This document shows, piece by piece, positions 45,760 to 56,203 of a stretch of 64,000 bases of DNA. The notes under the pieces were generated by a model. The model ran no database searches. It saw only the letters and a list, made by a program, of their open reading frames with translations, and was not told the DNA's origin. Every line of letters begins with the position of its first letter. The first letter of the stretch is position 1. The stretch spans positions 6,865-70,864 of the forward strand of contig CAKTOF010000003.1 of NCBI GenBank assembly GCA_934589675.1, given 5' to 3'. The position numbers and the translations under genes were made by a program. Origin of the DNA: an uncultured Oscillospiraceae bacterium. GTDB taxonomy: Bacteria; Bacillota; Clostridia; Oscillospirales; Oscillospiraceae.

Positions 45760-47577
45760 CTAGGCCGGAGGCTCGGACTGGACGTCGATCGTAAAGCAGC
45801 TTTCAAATGTGCGGCTCCACGGCAGGTAAGGCGCGCGGACGGACACGGAAAACGGGCCGGCGGTGCCGCCGGACAGGTCGGAAACAACAGGGCTGCGCGA
45901 CAGGTTCTGCATCAGCATCGCGCAGGCGGGGAGAAGTGTGTCCTCAAGCTTTTTCTGGATCTGCGCACGCTGCTCGGCCGTGCCGAGGATATTGTTCGGG
46001 TCGAGGCCCAGCTCGCGGATGAAGGGGTCAAGCACGGGGCGCGTGTCCGTTTTGTACGCGCCGCCGAGCACGAGGCCCACGGCGAGCGACTTTACAAACG
46101 CGCGGTCGGCGTCTGCGCCTTTTTTCGCGCCGGAGGCGAGATAGGCATAGCGCGCGAAGCCCTGACTTACGCCCGCGCCGGCGACGATGGCAAGGTCGCA
46201 GAAGCCGGAGTAGCCAAGCAGCGACCCGAGCGGGACTGCGGCAAGCAGCTCGTCCGACAGCCCGCCGCAGCCGTTGGCCGACGCGTCGATCCAAACGGTC
46301 GGGACGCCGCGGGAGAGATTGTCTGAAAGCTTTTCCCGCAGCGCCGCGGCATATTCGCCGGCCTTCGCCTCGTTGTCCGGCGCGGAGAGGACGACAAGCT
46401 CGAGCGCGTCCTGCGCGCCGTCTGCCGCCTCATATCCGCCGAGCGCGGCGACGTGAAACTCGACGCTCTCCTTCAGCGTCTGGTGGTCAAACTGCGTCGC
46501 AGGCTCGTTTTCCCGGCCGCCGATGTAGGTGCAGCGCACAGGGACAGACAGCCCGGCGTCGTCGACGGAGATGCGCGCGACGAGCATCATGCCGAGGTCG
46601 TCCACGCCGCCCATCAGGATGCCGCGGCCGGAAAGCAGCCGCGTCAGATAGGCCATCTCGTTTGTCTGGATGTTGTCGAGCGAGGACGAATCGTCCACGC
46701 CGATGATCGTATAGCAGTTTGCAAGGCCCTCCGTCTGCCGCAGCAGATGGTCGGCAAGGCGCAGCTTGCGCGCCCGCGCGCCGCAGTAGGCGGCCGTGAC
46801 GTCGCCTGATAGAATGCTGCGCGAGGCTTCGTCTTCGACGGAGCTCTCTGCCGCCGTGCGGCCGTCTGCGCCGTAGGGGTAGGCGGCGATGATGGCCTCG
46901 AGCGTCAGCTCATCGCCGGAAAGCGCCGGGCGGGCGACGTTGCCGTAGGCGCGGATGGCGGTGTAGTGCGCGAGGTCATACCCATTGTAGCCGACGGTCG
47001 ATGCAAGGCGCATGAGGCTGTCGAAAAAATAGACGCGGTTGTCTGGATCCTGTGCCAGCGGGACGAGGTAGGCGTCGATGGCGTCCTGCTCGGACATGGT
47101 CGAGCCGTCTGGTAAGACGATGTCCTCCGGCTCGCTCATGGCGCGCGAGCTGACCAGCCCGCCGGAGAGCAGCTGGTCGAGCGAGAGCAGGAACAGGCCG
47201 CAGCCGGCCTCGTCTGCCTGACGGACCCACTCTAAAAGTGCGCCGCGGTCGCCGCACTGCCTGCCGTTTGCATTTTTGCCCTGACCGTCGAGCTTGGTCG
47301 AGTAGAGATCTGCGTCCGGGAACACGACGCGGTAGCCCGCGGCCTCGGCCAGATATACAACGCGCTCGACATTGTCCGGCCGGTCGTCGAGCGGAACATA
47401 GGCGATGGTGCGCGACCATTCGTCGACCGCCTCGACCGCGTCGCTCTCAACGGGTGGCTGCGGCGCCGGTGTGACGGGCGTGTCCGGCGGGACGTCGGGC
47501 GCGGGAGCGCGCGAGGCGCAGCCGTTAAGCGCAATGAGCGCTGCAAGACAGACGGCGGCGATGCGTCGTGGCTTCAT
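45760..47577 (-). CDS. DUF4127 family lipoprotein
   Basis: ATG 47577 after TAAGGAGGAA. Lipobox LIALNGC. IAYVPLDDRPDN resembles the DUF4127 N-terminal motif (from memory). The longer ORF start at 47640 is rejected. Confidence 0.55.
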   Translation of the reverse strand: MKPRRIAAVCLAALIALNGCASRAPAPDVPPDTPVTPAPQPPVESDAVEAVDEWSRTIAYVPLDDRPDNVERVVYLAEAAGYRVVFPDADLYSTKLDGQGKNANGRQCGDRGALLEWVRQADEAGCGLFLLSLDQLLSGGLVSSRAMSEPEDIVLPDGSTMSEQDAIDAYLVPLAQDPDNRVYFFDSLMRLASTVGYNGYDLAHYTAIRAYGNVARPALSGDELTLEAIIAAYPYGADGRTAAESSVEDEASRSILSGDVTAAYCGARARKLRLADHLLRQTEGLANCYTIIGVDDSSSLDNIQTNEMAYLTRLLSGRGILMGGVDDLGMMLVARISVDDAGLSVPVRCTYIGGRENEPATQFDHQTLKESVEFHVAALGGYEAADGAQDALELVVLSAPDNEAKAGEYAAALREKLSDNLSRGVPTVWIDASANGCGGLSDELLAAVPLGSLLGYSGFCDLAIVAGAGVSQGFARYAYLASGAKKGADADRAFVKSLAVGLVLGGAYKTDTRPVLDPFIRELGLDPNNILGTAEQRAQIQKKLEDTLLPACAMLMQNLSRSPVVSDLSGGTAGPFSVSVRAPYLPWSRTFESCFTIDVQSEPPA

Positions 47578-47587
47578 GGCTTCCTCC

Positions 47588-48400
47588 TTACAGGCCGAGC
47601 CGGTAGACCCGGTTCGCGTTTTCAAAAAAGACCTTTTCATGCTGCGCCTCGGGGACGAGACGGCGGATAAACTCGATATAATTTGCGATGTTCACGGCCG
47701 GAAGATCCGTGCCGAACATGAACTTGTCCCAGTTTTCGACATAGGCCATCCAGGTGCGGAGCTGGCCGATGTAGCCGGCCTGCGCGTCAAAGTACGAATC
47801 CCAGTCCTTCACGCCCTCAATGAGGCCGGACAGGTCGCAGAACACGTTGTCGTTCTTCTCCAGCACGGCCGCCGCCTCGGACAGGAACGGATTTCCAAAG
47901 TGGCACATGACGATGTCCACGTCCGGGTGGCGCACGGCGGCTTCGTCGAGCATCAGCGGGTGGCTGTATTTCAGCATCCCGCCGGCTCCGGCCGTCATGC
48001 CCGTGTGGATGGCGACGGGCTTGTGATACGTTGCGGCGAGGGAAAAGGCAAAGTCGTAGAACGGGTCGTTGACCGTCCGCGGCGAGTAGCCGGTGTAGAG
48101 CTTGATGCCGACGCAGCGCTCGCGCCGGAGGTGCGCCTCCACAAGCGCGGGCAGCTCTTCCTGCGTGTGGCGCTCGGTTGCGTGGTCGTCGAGGCCGATG
48201 CAGTAGTAAAACGGCTCCGGATAGCGGTGAAAGTCCGCCTCAAGATGGTCGTTGCCCATGATGATGCCGGCTGTGATGCCGTGCTCGGCATAATAGCTTT
48301 TCAGATAGTCCAGCAAGTTTTCATGCCCGACCTCGCGGAGCAGGCTGCTGGCAAACGGATGATCCGGAAATATGTGAAAGTGTGCGTCGATGATCTTCAT
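47588..48400 (-). CDS. Amidohydrolase-family (TIM-barrel metal-dependent hydrolase) protein
   Basis: MKIIDAHFHIF start (HxH metal motif), VAIHTG, VMCHFG, GTDLP. ATG 48400 after GGAGG. The upstream 324 codons of the ORF are antisense to the Na/Pi gene and are rejected. Confidence 0.75.
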   Translation of the reverse strand: MKIIDAHFHIFPDHPFASSLLREVGHENLLDYLKSYYAEHGITAGIIMGNDHLEADFHRYPEPFYYCIGLDDHATERHTQEELPALVEAHLRRERCVGIKLYTGYSPRTVNDPFYDFAFSLAATYHKPVAIHTGMTAGAGGMLKYSHPLMLDEAAVRHPDVDIVMCHFGNPFLSEAAAVLEKNDNVFCDLSGLIEGVKDWDSYFDAQAGYIGQLRTWMAYVENWDKFMFGTDLPAVNIANYIEFIRRLVPEAQHEKVFFENANRVYRLGL

Positions 48401-48503
48401 AGGTGCGCCTCCAAACCAGACCATTATAGCATTTTCTCCGACAAACAACAACAGAAAACCGCGCGGTGCTCCGGCATAGGCTTTACAGGGGAGGTGATGC
48501 GGC

Positions 48504-49391
48504 ATGGCGGCCCGGTGTTTTGCGGCGCTGCTCCTGCTGCTTGGCGGCATGGCGGTCATGACGGCCGCGCTTCGCCGCGGCGGAGCGGAGCGGCGGCTGT
48601 TTGCCAGGATGCGGCGCAGCCGCGTGTCCGCGTTTTTGTATGGGCTGGCCGGAACAGTCGCGGTGCAGTCGTCCAGCGCCACGACCGTCCTCATCGCAGG
48701 GGCGTACGACGCGGGACTGCTGCCGTTTTCTGCGATGACCGCGGCCATCGCAGGCGCAAATGTCGGGACGACGGCGACAGGATGGCTGCTGTGCCTTGGG
48801 CTTGCGGCAGGGAAGTGGGCATCGTACGCGCTGGCGTCTGCGGCTGCGCTGCTTTTGCTGCTGAAAAAGCGGCCTGCGGCCGGGGCGGCGCTCGGGCTGC
48901 TGCTCATTGAGCTTGGGCTTGGCGCGCTCAATGAGAGCGCGGAAGGCACGCTCGCGCCGCTGCTTGGCGGCGGGATGGCATCTTCGTTCTTCCGCGCGGC
49001 CGCGCTGACCGGCGTGATCCAGTCCTCGTCGGCGGCCATCGCGTTTTTGCAGGCGGCAGCGAAGGCGGGCGCGCTGCCGACGCAGACGGCGCTTGCCTGC
49101 GTGCTCGGCGGCAACGTCGGCACCTGCGCGACCGCGCTGCTCGCCTCAGTCGGGGGCGGGCGAGGGGCGCGGCGGGCGGCGCTGGTGCATCTGGGCTTCA
49201 ATGTGCTCGCCTCTGCGCTCGGATTCTCATTATATGCGCTCTTTTCGCCGCTTCTGGCGCGGACGGCAAGCCCTGCGCGCATTGCGGCGCTGCACACGCT
49301 TGTCAACATTCTGCCGACCCTGTTTCTGGCGGCTCTCGGGCAAAAAAAGATTGGTATTGCGCTTCGGCGCAATCTATACTATGATGAATAA
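48504..49391 (+). CDS. Na/Pi cotransporter family membrane protein (short form)
   Basis: Duplicated QSSSA motifs (AVQSSSATTVL, VIQSSSAAIAF) and GANVGTT / GGNVGTC. Confidence 0.65.
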   Translation: MAARCFAALLLLLGGMAVMTAALRRGGAERRLFARMRRSRVSAFLYGLAGTVAVQSSSATTVLIAGAYDAGLLPFSAMTAAIAGANVGTTATGWLLCLGLAAGKWASYALASAAALLLLLKKRPAAGAALGLLLIELGLGALNESAEGTLAPLLGGGMASSFFRAAALTGVIQSSSAAIAFLQAAAKAGALPTQTALACVLGGNVGTCATALLASVGGGRGARRAALVHLGFNVLASALGFSLYALFSPLLARTASPARIAALHTLVNILPTLFLAALGQKKIGIALRRNLYYDE

Positions 49392-49421
49392 GTTAAATAC
49401 AGAGAAATTGCGGGGGTCACT

Positions 49422-50492
49422 ATGAAAAAGGCTGCTAAGATCATCGGGATCATCGCGCTTGTCCTGCTCGTCATTGCGGCGGGCTATGTCATCTATGTGT
49501 TTGCGAGCTTTACGCGCCTGCCGGACAATCTGGAACTCGACATTGTGCAGGATCGGTCCGACATCGCCGCGGACGGCCGGACGTATACGCTCCTCAGCTG
49601 GAATCTCGGCTTCGGCGCCTACTCGGACGACTACACGTTCTTCATGGACGGCGGCACGGAGTCGCGCGCCCGTTCGGCGGACGCCGCGCGGGAGAACATC
49701 TCGGCCGCGCTGGACAAGGTGCGCGAGCTGTCGCCCGACTTCTGCATGCTCGAGGAGATCGACGTGGACGCAACGCGCACCTATCACGTCGACGAGCGCG
49801 CCATGGTGCTTCAGGCGATGGACGACTACGGCGCAGTCTATGCGCAGAACTACGATTCGCCGTATCTATTCTACCCGTTCACGCAGCCGCACGGCGCCTC
49901 GCGCGCGGGGCTTATGACGCTTTCCGGCTTCCATATGGAATCTGCCACACGGCGAAGCCTGCCCATCGAGTCCGGCGTGACGAAGGTCATTGATCTTGAC
50001 CGATGCTACAGCATCAGCCGCATCCCGCTTGACAGCGGGAAGAAGCTGTGCCTGTACTGCGCGCACCTTTCCGCCTATACGTCTGACGGAACGATCGCCG
50101 ACGAGCAGATCAAAATGCTTGCTGCGGACATGCAGAAAGACTATGAGGCGGGCAACTACGTCATCTGCGGCGGCGACTTCAACAAAGACCTGCTCGGCGA
50201 TTCCGGCGCGATCTTCGGCGTGTCCGGCGAGGACTATACGTGGGCGCAGCCGTTCCCGGAGGCGCTGCTGGGCGACGATCTGTCGCTCATCGCGCCGCTT
50301 GATGCGGACGACCCCGTCCCGTCGTGCCGCAACGCGGACATCCCGTATGAAAAGGGGAAGAGCTTTGTCGTGACGGTCGACGGCTTCATCGTCTCGCGCA
50401 ACGTGACGGTCGAGGGCGCGGAGGTCATCGACACGGGCTTTTTGTGGTCGGATCACAACCCCGTCCGCCTGACGTTCAAGCTCGGAGAATGA
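49422..50492 (+). CDS. Endonuclease/exonuclease/phosphatase (EEP) family protein, membrane anchored
   Basis: N-terminal TM; LLSWNLGFG, MLEEID, GGDFN, WSDHNPV motifs. Confidence 0.8.
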   Translation: MKKAAKIIGIIALVLLVIAAGYVIYVFASFTRLPDNLELDIVQDRSDIAADGRTYTLLSWNLGFGAYSDDYTFFMDGGTESRARSADAARENISAALDKVRELSPDFCMLEEIDVDATRTYHVDERAMVLQAMDDYGAVYAQNYDSPYLFYPFTQPHGASRAGLMTLSGFHMESATRRSLPIESGVTKVIDLDRCYSISRIPLDSGKKLCLYCAHLSAYTSDGTIADEQIKMLAADMQKDYEAGNYVICGGDFNKDLLGDSGAIFGVSGEDYTWAQPFPEALLGDDLSLIAPLDADDPVPSCRNADIPYEKGKSFVVTVDGFIVSRNVTVEGAEVIDTGFLWSDHNPVRLTFKLGE

Positions 50493-50495
50493 GCG

Positions 50496-51305
50496 ATGGG
50501 AAGGCTTGCGGACAAGCGCCTTTTTCTGCTTGACATGGATGGGACGCTCTATCTTGACGAAGAACTCTTCCCGGCGACGCCGGCGCTGCTGGAGCACATC
50601 CGCAGCTCTAGCGGGCGCTACCTCTATCTCACGAACAACTCCTCGCGCGGCGTGGACGCCTATGTCGAAAAAATGCGCCGCCTCGGCATTTCGGCGACGG
50701 CGGAGGACTTCTTAACGAGCGTCGACGCGACGATCGCGGACTTAAAGCGGACGCATCCGGACGACCTGCTCTACTGCTTCGGGACGGCGACGTTCCGCGC
50801 CCAGCTCGCCGCCGCGGGGCTGCATATCACGGACAAGCTCGAAGACGGCATTTGTGCCCTTGTCATCGGCTTTGACACGGAGCTGACATTCCAAAAGCTT
50901 GAGGACGCGTGCATCCTGCTGATGCGCGGCGTCGATTTTATTGCGACGAACCCGGACTGGGTCTGCCCGACGTGGTACGGCTTTGTGCCGGACTGCGGCT
51001 CGGTGTGCCAGATGCTGCTTCACGCGACGGGCCGGAGCCCGCGCGTGATCGGAAAGCCGCAGCCGGCCATGGTGGAGCTTGCGCTTGCGCGGACGGGCTT
51101 TGCGCCGGAGCAGGCGCTGCTCGTCGGTGACCGCGTCTATACCGATATCGCCTGCGGCGTCGCCGCTGGCATCGACACAGCGCTCGTCTTGTCCGGGGAG
51201 AGCACCCTCGACGACATTGTCCCCGGAAAAACTGAGCCGACATGGGTGTTTGACGATGTGGGCGCGCTGCTGGCCGCCTTAAAAAGAGAGGAGACAATCG
51301 CATGA
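50496..51305 (+). CDS. HAD-IIA family hydrolase (NagD-like)
   Basis: LLDMDGTLY, LTNNSS, GKPQP, VGDRVYTDI. Confidence 0.85.
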   Translation: MGRLADKRLFLLDMDGTLYLDEELFPATPALLEHIRSSSGRYLYLTNNSSRGVDAYVEKMRRLGISATAEDFLTSVDATIADLKRTHPDDLLYCFGTATFRAQLAAAGLHITDKLEDGICALVIGFDTELTFQKLEDACILLMRGVDFIATNPDWVCPTWYGFVPDCGSVCQMLLHATGRSPRVIGKPQPAMVELALARTGFAPEQALLVGDRVYTDIACGVAAGIDTALVLSGESTLDDIVPGKTEPTWVFDDVGALLAALKREETIA

Positions 51306-52624
51306 AGCTCGATACCAAACGCACCATTTTCGTTGGCTTTGCCTTTATGGCCATCTGCGCATTCTGGCAGATCTATGACAGCATTGTCCCTCTGATTTTG
51401 AAAAACACGTTTGATCTGAACGACGCCGTCTCCGGCATTATCATGGCCATGGACAATGTTGTGGCCGTGTTTCTTCTTCCGGTCTTCGGCTCGCTGTCCG
51501 ACCGGACGCATACACGCATCGGGCGCAGAATGCCGTATATCATTTTCGGTATGCTCGTGGCCATTGCGCTGAGCATGCTCCTGCCGCTGGCCGATCATCT
51601 GGAGATCAAGTGGCTGTTCATCGTCGCGCTCGGGCTGGAGCTGCTGGCCATGGCGACGTTCCGCTCGCCGACGGTCGCGCTCATGCCGGACGTCACGCCC
51701 AAGCCGCTGCGCTCGAAGGGCAACGCCATCATCAACCTCATGGGCGCCGTCGGCAGCATCATCATGCTTGCCATGATCGGCCTGCTCGTGCCGAAGGGCG
51801 CGCATCCGAGCTATTTCCCGGTGTTCGGCTTCGTCGCTTGCTTTATGCTCGCCTGCCTCCTCATCCTTGTGCGCACGACCAATGAGCCGAAGCTTACGGC
51901 GAAGATGGAAGAGGAGTCGCGCGCGCTCGGCGTGGATGAACGCATGGACAATGTGACCGAGGTGGCCTCGCCCCTGCAGAAGATCGCGCGCCGCGCGCTG
52001 CGTCTGGAGCTGGCGTCGGTATTTTTGTGGTTCATGGGCTACAATGCTATCACGACGTCGTTCTCTAAATACGCGAACGTCTACTGGGGCCTTGAGGGCG
52101 GCTCGTTTGCCTACACGCTCATGATCGCGCAGGCCGCGGCCATTGTCAGCTATGTGCCCGTCGGCTACATCGCAACAAAGATCGGCCGCCGCCGCACGAT
52201 CCTCGGCGGCGTCGTGATGCTGGCCATCGCGTTCGGCTCGTGCGTGTTTTTCAAGTCGTTCTCCGGCATGATCTTTTTCTTCTTCATCCTCGCGGGCGTG
52301 GGCTGGGCGTCGATCAACGTCAACTCGTACCCCATGATCGTCGAGATGGCCGGCCCCGGCAACGTCGGCAAGTACACGGGGTACTACTACGCCGCGTCGC
52401 AGTGCGCGCAGATCCTCACGCCGATCCTCTCGGGCTTTGTGCTTGAGTACGGCTGGAAGCTCCTTGGGAGCACCGATCCTGATGCGGGCTATGTGCTGCT
52501 GTTTCCGTACGGCACGCTGTTCGTGGCTGCGTCGTTCGTGACGATGCTGCTCCTGCCGCACGGGCGCCACACGGCGCATCCGGAGAAGAAGGGCGTTCTG
52601 GAATCGTTCGACGTGGATGGCTGA
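51302..52624 (+). CDS. MFS transporter (GPH/SLC45-like)
   Basis: 12 predicted TM. GSLSDRTHTRIGRRMPYI loop 2-3 motif. 4-nt overlap with the HAD gene. Confidence 0.75.
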   Translation: MKLDTKRTIFVGFAFMAICAFWQIYDSIVPLILKNTFDLNDAVSGIIMAMDNVVAVFLLPVFGSLSDRTHTRIGRRMPYIIFGMLVAIALSMLLPLADHLEIKWLFIVALGLELLAMATFRSPTVALMPDVTPKPLRSKGNAIINLMGAVGSIIMLAMIGLLVPKGAHPSYFPVFGFVACFMLACLLILVRTTNEPKLTAKMEEESRALGVDERMDNVTEVASPLQKIARRALRLELASVFLWFMGYNAITTSFSKYANVYWGLEGGSFAYTLMIAQAAAIVSYVPVGYIATKIGRRRTILGGVVMLAIAFGSCVFFKSFSGMIFFFFILAGVGWASINVNSYPMIVEMAGPGNVGKYTGYYYAASQCAQILTPILSGFVLEYGWKLLGSTDPDAGYVLLFPYGTLFVAASFVTMLLLPHGRHTAHPEKKGVLESFDVDG

Positions 52625-53459
52625 TATGGGATACGGAATTCTTGCGGCCGCTGCGGCCATCCTGATCGTGATCCTGCTTGACCTGTTCCTGCTCGCCCCG
52701 CGCAGAAAATCGCCGCCGCTGCTTCGCGTGCTGCGCACATACCGCTTTGCGCACCGTGGCTATCACGACAGCGCAGACGGCATCCCGGAAAACTCGCTCG
52801 CTGCGTTCCGCCGCGCCGTCGAGCACGGCTTCGGCGCGGAGCTTGACGTCCACCTGTCCAAGGACGGCCGCCTCGTCGTCATGCACGACGAGAGCTTAAA
52901 GCGCACCTGCGGCGTCGACTGGCCGATCTCGGAGCTGACCGCGGATGAGCTGTCTGCATACCGGCTCGAGGGGACGGACGAGAAGATCCCGTTCCTCGAG
53001 GAGGTTCTGCCGCTCTTTGAAGGCAGGACGCCGCTCGTCGTCGAGGTGAAGCCCGTCCATCGGAATCATGCTGCGCTCTGCCGCGCGGCGTGTGAGATGC
53101 TGGATCGCTATCGCGTGGATTACTGCATGGAGTCGTTCGATCCGCGCGCAGTCCTGTGGCTGCGGAAAAACCGGCCGGACATCGTCCGCGGGCAGCTTGC
53201 CGAGAATTTCACGCGCCACGGCGAAAAGCTGGCCGCTCCGCTGCGCTTTGCGCTGCACAATCTGCTGACCAACGCCCTGACGCGGCCGGACTTTGTCGCC
53301 TACCGCGTCGACGACCGGCGCGACCTGTCATTTTGCGTGGCGACAAAGCTGCTCGGCGCGCAGGAGTTTTCCTGGACTGTGCGCACGCCGGAGGAGCAGC
53401 GCGCCGTGGAAAAAGACGGCGGCGTCATCATCTTTGAGCGGTTCGACCCGACATTATAA
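52617..53459 (+). CDS. Glycerophosphodiester phosphodiesterase family protein, membrane anchored
   Basis: N-terminal TM; AHRGYH...PENSLAAF...GAELDVHLSKDGRLVVMHD. Confidence 0.85.
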   Translation: MADMGYGILAAAAAILIVILLDLFLLAPRRKSPPLLRVLRTYRFAHRGYHDSADGIPENSLAAFRRAVEHGFGAELDVHLSKDGRLVVMHDESLKRTCGVDWPISELTADELSAYRLEGTDEKIPFLEEVLPLFEGRTPLVVEVKPVHRNHAALCRAACEMLDRYRVDYCMESFDPRAVLWLRKNRPDIVRGQLAENFTRHGEKLAAPLRFALHNLLTNALTRPDFVAYRVDDRRDLSFCVATKLLGAQEFSWTVRTPEEQRAVEKDGGVIIFERFDPTL

Positions 53460-53500
53460 AAGCAGCGCCCCGAAGCTTAAGCTTCGGGGCGCTGCTTTTT
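53457..53500. terminator. Bidirectional intrinsic terminator
   Basis: AAAAGCAGCGCCCCGAAGC-ttaa-GCTTCGGGGCGCTGCTTTTTT. Confidence 0.9.
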
Positions 53501-53505
53501 TGCGT

Positions 53506-54246
53506 TTATGCGTTTAAGAAGCGAGACAGAAAATCGCGCGTCTCGGGCTTCTGCGGGTCGCCGAACACGGCGGCGGGGGAGCCCTCTTCGCAGATGACGC
53601 CGCGGTTCATGTACACGACGTGGTTGGACACATCACGGGCAAACGCCATCTCGTGCGTGACGACGAGCATTGTCATGCCCTCTTCGGCCAGCGTTCGCAT
53701 GACCGAGAGCACCTCGCCGACCATCTCCGGGTCGAGCGCGCTCGTCGGCTCGTCAAACAGCAGCACCTCCGGCTGCATGGCCAGCGCGCGGGCAATGGCG
53801 ACGCGCTGCTTCTGGCCGCCGGAGATCTGGCGCGGGCGGGCGTTTAAGTACGGCGTCATGCCGACCTGATCGAGGAATTTCTTCGCGGTCTCCTGCGCCT
53901 CGGCCTTGCTCTTTTTGAGGACCTTCACCTGACCGACGACGCAGTTTTCCAGCACGGTCATGTTGTTGAACAGGTTGAACGACTGGAACACCATGCCGAC
54001 CTTTGCGCGGTAGGCCGGCGCCTTGACGCCGCGGTCGGCCATGTTTTTGCCGTGGAAGAGGATCTCGCCGGACGTCGGCGTCTCAAGCAGGTTGATGCAG
54101 CGCAGCAGCGTCGACTTGCCGGACCCGGACGCGCCGATGATGCTCGTTACGTCACCCGGGGCGACGTTGAAGTCAATGTCGCGCAGAACCTGATTTGTGC
54201 CGAACGACTTGGAAAGATGGCGGATCTGGAGAATCGGTTCACTCAT
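53506..54246 (-). CDS. Amino acid ABC transporter ATP-binding protein
   Basis: [35 protein letters not shown]. GlnQ/ArtP-like. Confidence 0.93.
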   Translation of the reverse strand: MSEPILQIRHLSKSFGTNQVLRDIDFNVAPGDVTSIIGASGSGKSTLLRCINLLETPTSGEILFHGKNMADRGVKAPAYRAKVGMVFQSFNLFNNMTVLENCVVGQVKVLKKSKAEAQETAKKFLDQVGMTPYLNARPRQISGGQKQRVAIARALAMQPEVLLFDEPTSALDPEMVGEVLSVMRTLAEEGMTMLVVTHEMAFARDVSNHVVYMNRGVICEEGSPAAVFGDPQKPETRDFLSRFLNA

Positions 54247-55127
54247 TATCGTTCACCTCTGCTGCTCTGATTTCGGTTCCAGCGGGCACGCTGCTGAGCC
54301 TGATCATACTCGCGGCTTCGCTCGTCGAAGTTGCTGCCGCGGCCGGGGTGGTTGTATGTTCCGGCCGTCATGGTCAGCTGATCGGTCTGGACAAGCTCGT
54401 AGCTCGACGAACCGTCCATGCGCTTTTCGGCAAAGCGCAGCAGGAACGACGCAACGAGCGTCATGCACAGATAGCCGGCCATCTCGACCGTCGCAGACGG
54501 GAAGTAGAGGTATGTCGCGCCGACGGCCGCGCGGTGGACGGCAAAGAAGTCCGTGAAGCTGATGATGAACATGACGGACGTATCTTTGATGTTGATGATG
54601 AAGTTGTTGCCGATCTGCGGCAGGATGTTGCGCAGCGCCTGCGGCAGGATAACGGAGAGCATCGTCTGAACATGGTTCATTCCGATGGCCTTCGCGCCCT
54701 CGGTCTGGCCGGGGTCGATGGATAAAATGCCGCCGCGGACCGTCTCGGCCATGTACGCGCCGGTGTTGATGGACACGACGAAGATCGCGGCCGACCACAC
54801 GGAGTGGAACCGCACGGCATTGTCGGAGAAGTACGGCAGGCCGTAGTAGAGGAACACGGCCTGCAGCACCATCGGAGTGCCGCGGAAGATCTCAACGTAC
54901 ACGCGGACGATGACGCGGATGAGCGCGAGGAAGAAGCGCTTGACGGGCGAGTCGGTCTTTGCGTGCGGGATCGTCTGCAAAATGCCGCAGGCGAAGCCGA
55001 TGATGCAGCCGATGAGCGTCGCTATGAGCGCGAGGCCGAGCGTGTTGCCGATGCCGTGCAGGTAGGCGAGGCCGAATTTGTCCAGCAGCTTGCCGACCTC
55101 GGTGAAGAGCTGTTGAAATTTGTTCAC
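54246..55127 (-). CDS. Amino acid ABC transporter permease (His/Glu/Gln/Arg type) with ~60-aa hydrophilic C-terminal tail
   Basis: [17 protein letters not shown] (EAA loop). The tail is ...[43 protein letters not shown]... Confidence 0.88.
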   Translation of the reverse strand: MNKFQQLFTEVGKLLDKFGLAYLHGIGNTLGLALIATLIGCIIGFACGILQTIPHAKTDSPVKRFFLALIRVIVRVYVEIFRGTPMVLQAVFLYYGLPYFSDNAVRFHSVWSAAIFVVSINTGAYMAETVRGGILSIDPGQTEGAKAIGMNHVQTMLSVILPQALRNILPQIGNNFIINIKDTSVMFIISFTDFFAVHRAAVGATYLYFPSATVEMAGYLCMTLVASFLLRFAEKRMDGSSSYELVQTDQLTMTAGTYNHPGRGSNFDERSREYDQAQQRARWNRNQSSRGER

Positions 55128-55220
55128 TGGGGCAGTCTCCTTTCAGATGATGTCTCAAATGGTGTCAGCATGCCGATAAGGCGAGGGGCGCATGGCGTCC
55201 CTCGCCTTTGGAGCTATGAA

Positions 55221-56165
55221 TTACTCAGAGAGCGGCTGGACGGCGATGGCTTCGTCCATGAGAGCGTTGAAGTCGTCAGCCGTCATCGTGGACAGAACGC
55301 TGTCGATGGCGTCCTTCAGTTCGGTGTTGCCCTTCATGACGGACACGCCGATGTTGATCTCGCCCTCGTCGACCTCGAAGCCGTCGTCGGAGTCGCTAAA
55401 GTCAAGGATCTTCATGTCCGGGTAAGCCGCGACGGCGCCGAGCGCGGTCGGCATGTCGGTGCAGATGAAGTCGACGGAGTCGGTCTCAAGCGCCATGAGC
55501 ATGGCGGGCGCGGTCTCGGCTGCGGTCTGGATCTGGGCGCCGTCAATCTGCGGGAGCATGTCGTTGTACCAGATGGTCGCGATCTGCGCGGTGCATGTGC
55601 CGCCGGCAAGGTCGGCAAGGCCCTTGGCATCGGCGAACGTGCTGTCCTGCTTCGTGACGCAGACGATGGAGGCGTAGAAGTACGGGCCGGCGAAGTCGAC
55701 CTGCTCCATGCGCTCTTCCGTCATGGACTGGCCGGCGATGACAGCGTCATACAGGCCGGTCTGCACGCCGGGGACGAGGGAGTCCCAGTCGGTGCGGATG
55801 ACCTCAAGCTCCCAGCCGTTGGCCTCGCAGATCTTCTTGGCGATCATGACGTCGTAGCCGTTGGCATACTCGCCGTTCGTGCCGGAGATGAGAACGGCGC
55901 CGTTGGAGTCGTCGTACTGCGTCCAGTTGTAAGGGGCGTAGGCACACTCCATGGCGATGGTGAGCTTGCCGTCCTCAACGCCGGAGGCGACGGCCTGGCC
56001 GTCGGAGGCATCAGAGGAATCGGAGGAGTCGGAGGAATCGGCCGCGCCGCTGCCGGCCGGGGTGGAGTCGGACGGGGTGGAGTCGGTCTTGCTGTCGCCG
56101 CCGCCGCAGGCCGCGAGGCCGAGGACGAGCGCGAGGGCAAGGAGCAGAGCGAGAAGCTTTTTCAT
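55221..56165 (-). CDS. Amino acid ABC transporter substrate-binding lipoprotein
   Basis: Lipobox LGLAAC, Ser/Asp-rich linker, then a family-3 SBP fold (GYDVMIAKKICE...DAVIAGQSMT). Confidence 0.85.
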   Translation of the reverse strand: MKKLLALLLALALVLGLAACGGGDSKTDSTPSDSTPAGSGAADSSDSSDSSDASDGQAVASGVEDGKLTIAMECAYAPYNWTQYDDSNGAVLISGTNGEYANGYDVMIAKKICEANGWELEVIRTDWDSLVPGVQTGLYDAVIAGQSMTEERMEQVDFAGPYFYASIVCVTKQDSTFADAKGLADLAGGTCTAQIATIWYNDMLPQIDGAQIQTAAETAPAMLMALETDSVDFICTDMPTALGAVAAYPDMKILDFSDSDDGFEVDEGEINIGVSVMKGNTELKDAIDSVLSTMTADDFNALMDEAIAVQPLSE

Positions 56166-56203
56166 GTTGGATCACCTTTCTTTTGTTTTTCCGTTTTGGT
56201 AAT

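Noticed and set aside
48401-49372. N-terminal 324 codons of the 594-aa minus-strand ORF 47588-49372
   Set aside because: The amidohydrolase domain begins at MKIIDAHFH (ATG 48400) with its own GGAGG RBS. The upstream part is antisense to the Na/Pi cotransporter-family gene, which has duplicated QSSSA motifs.
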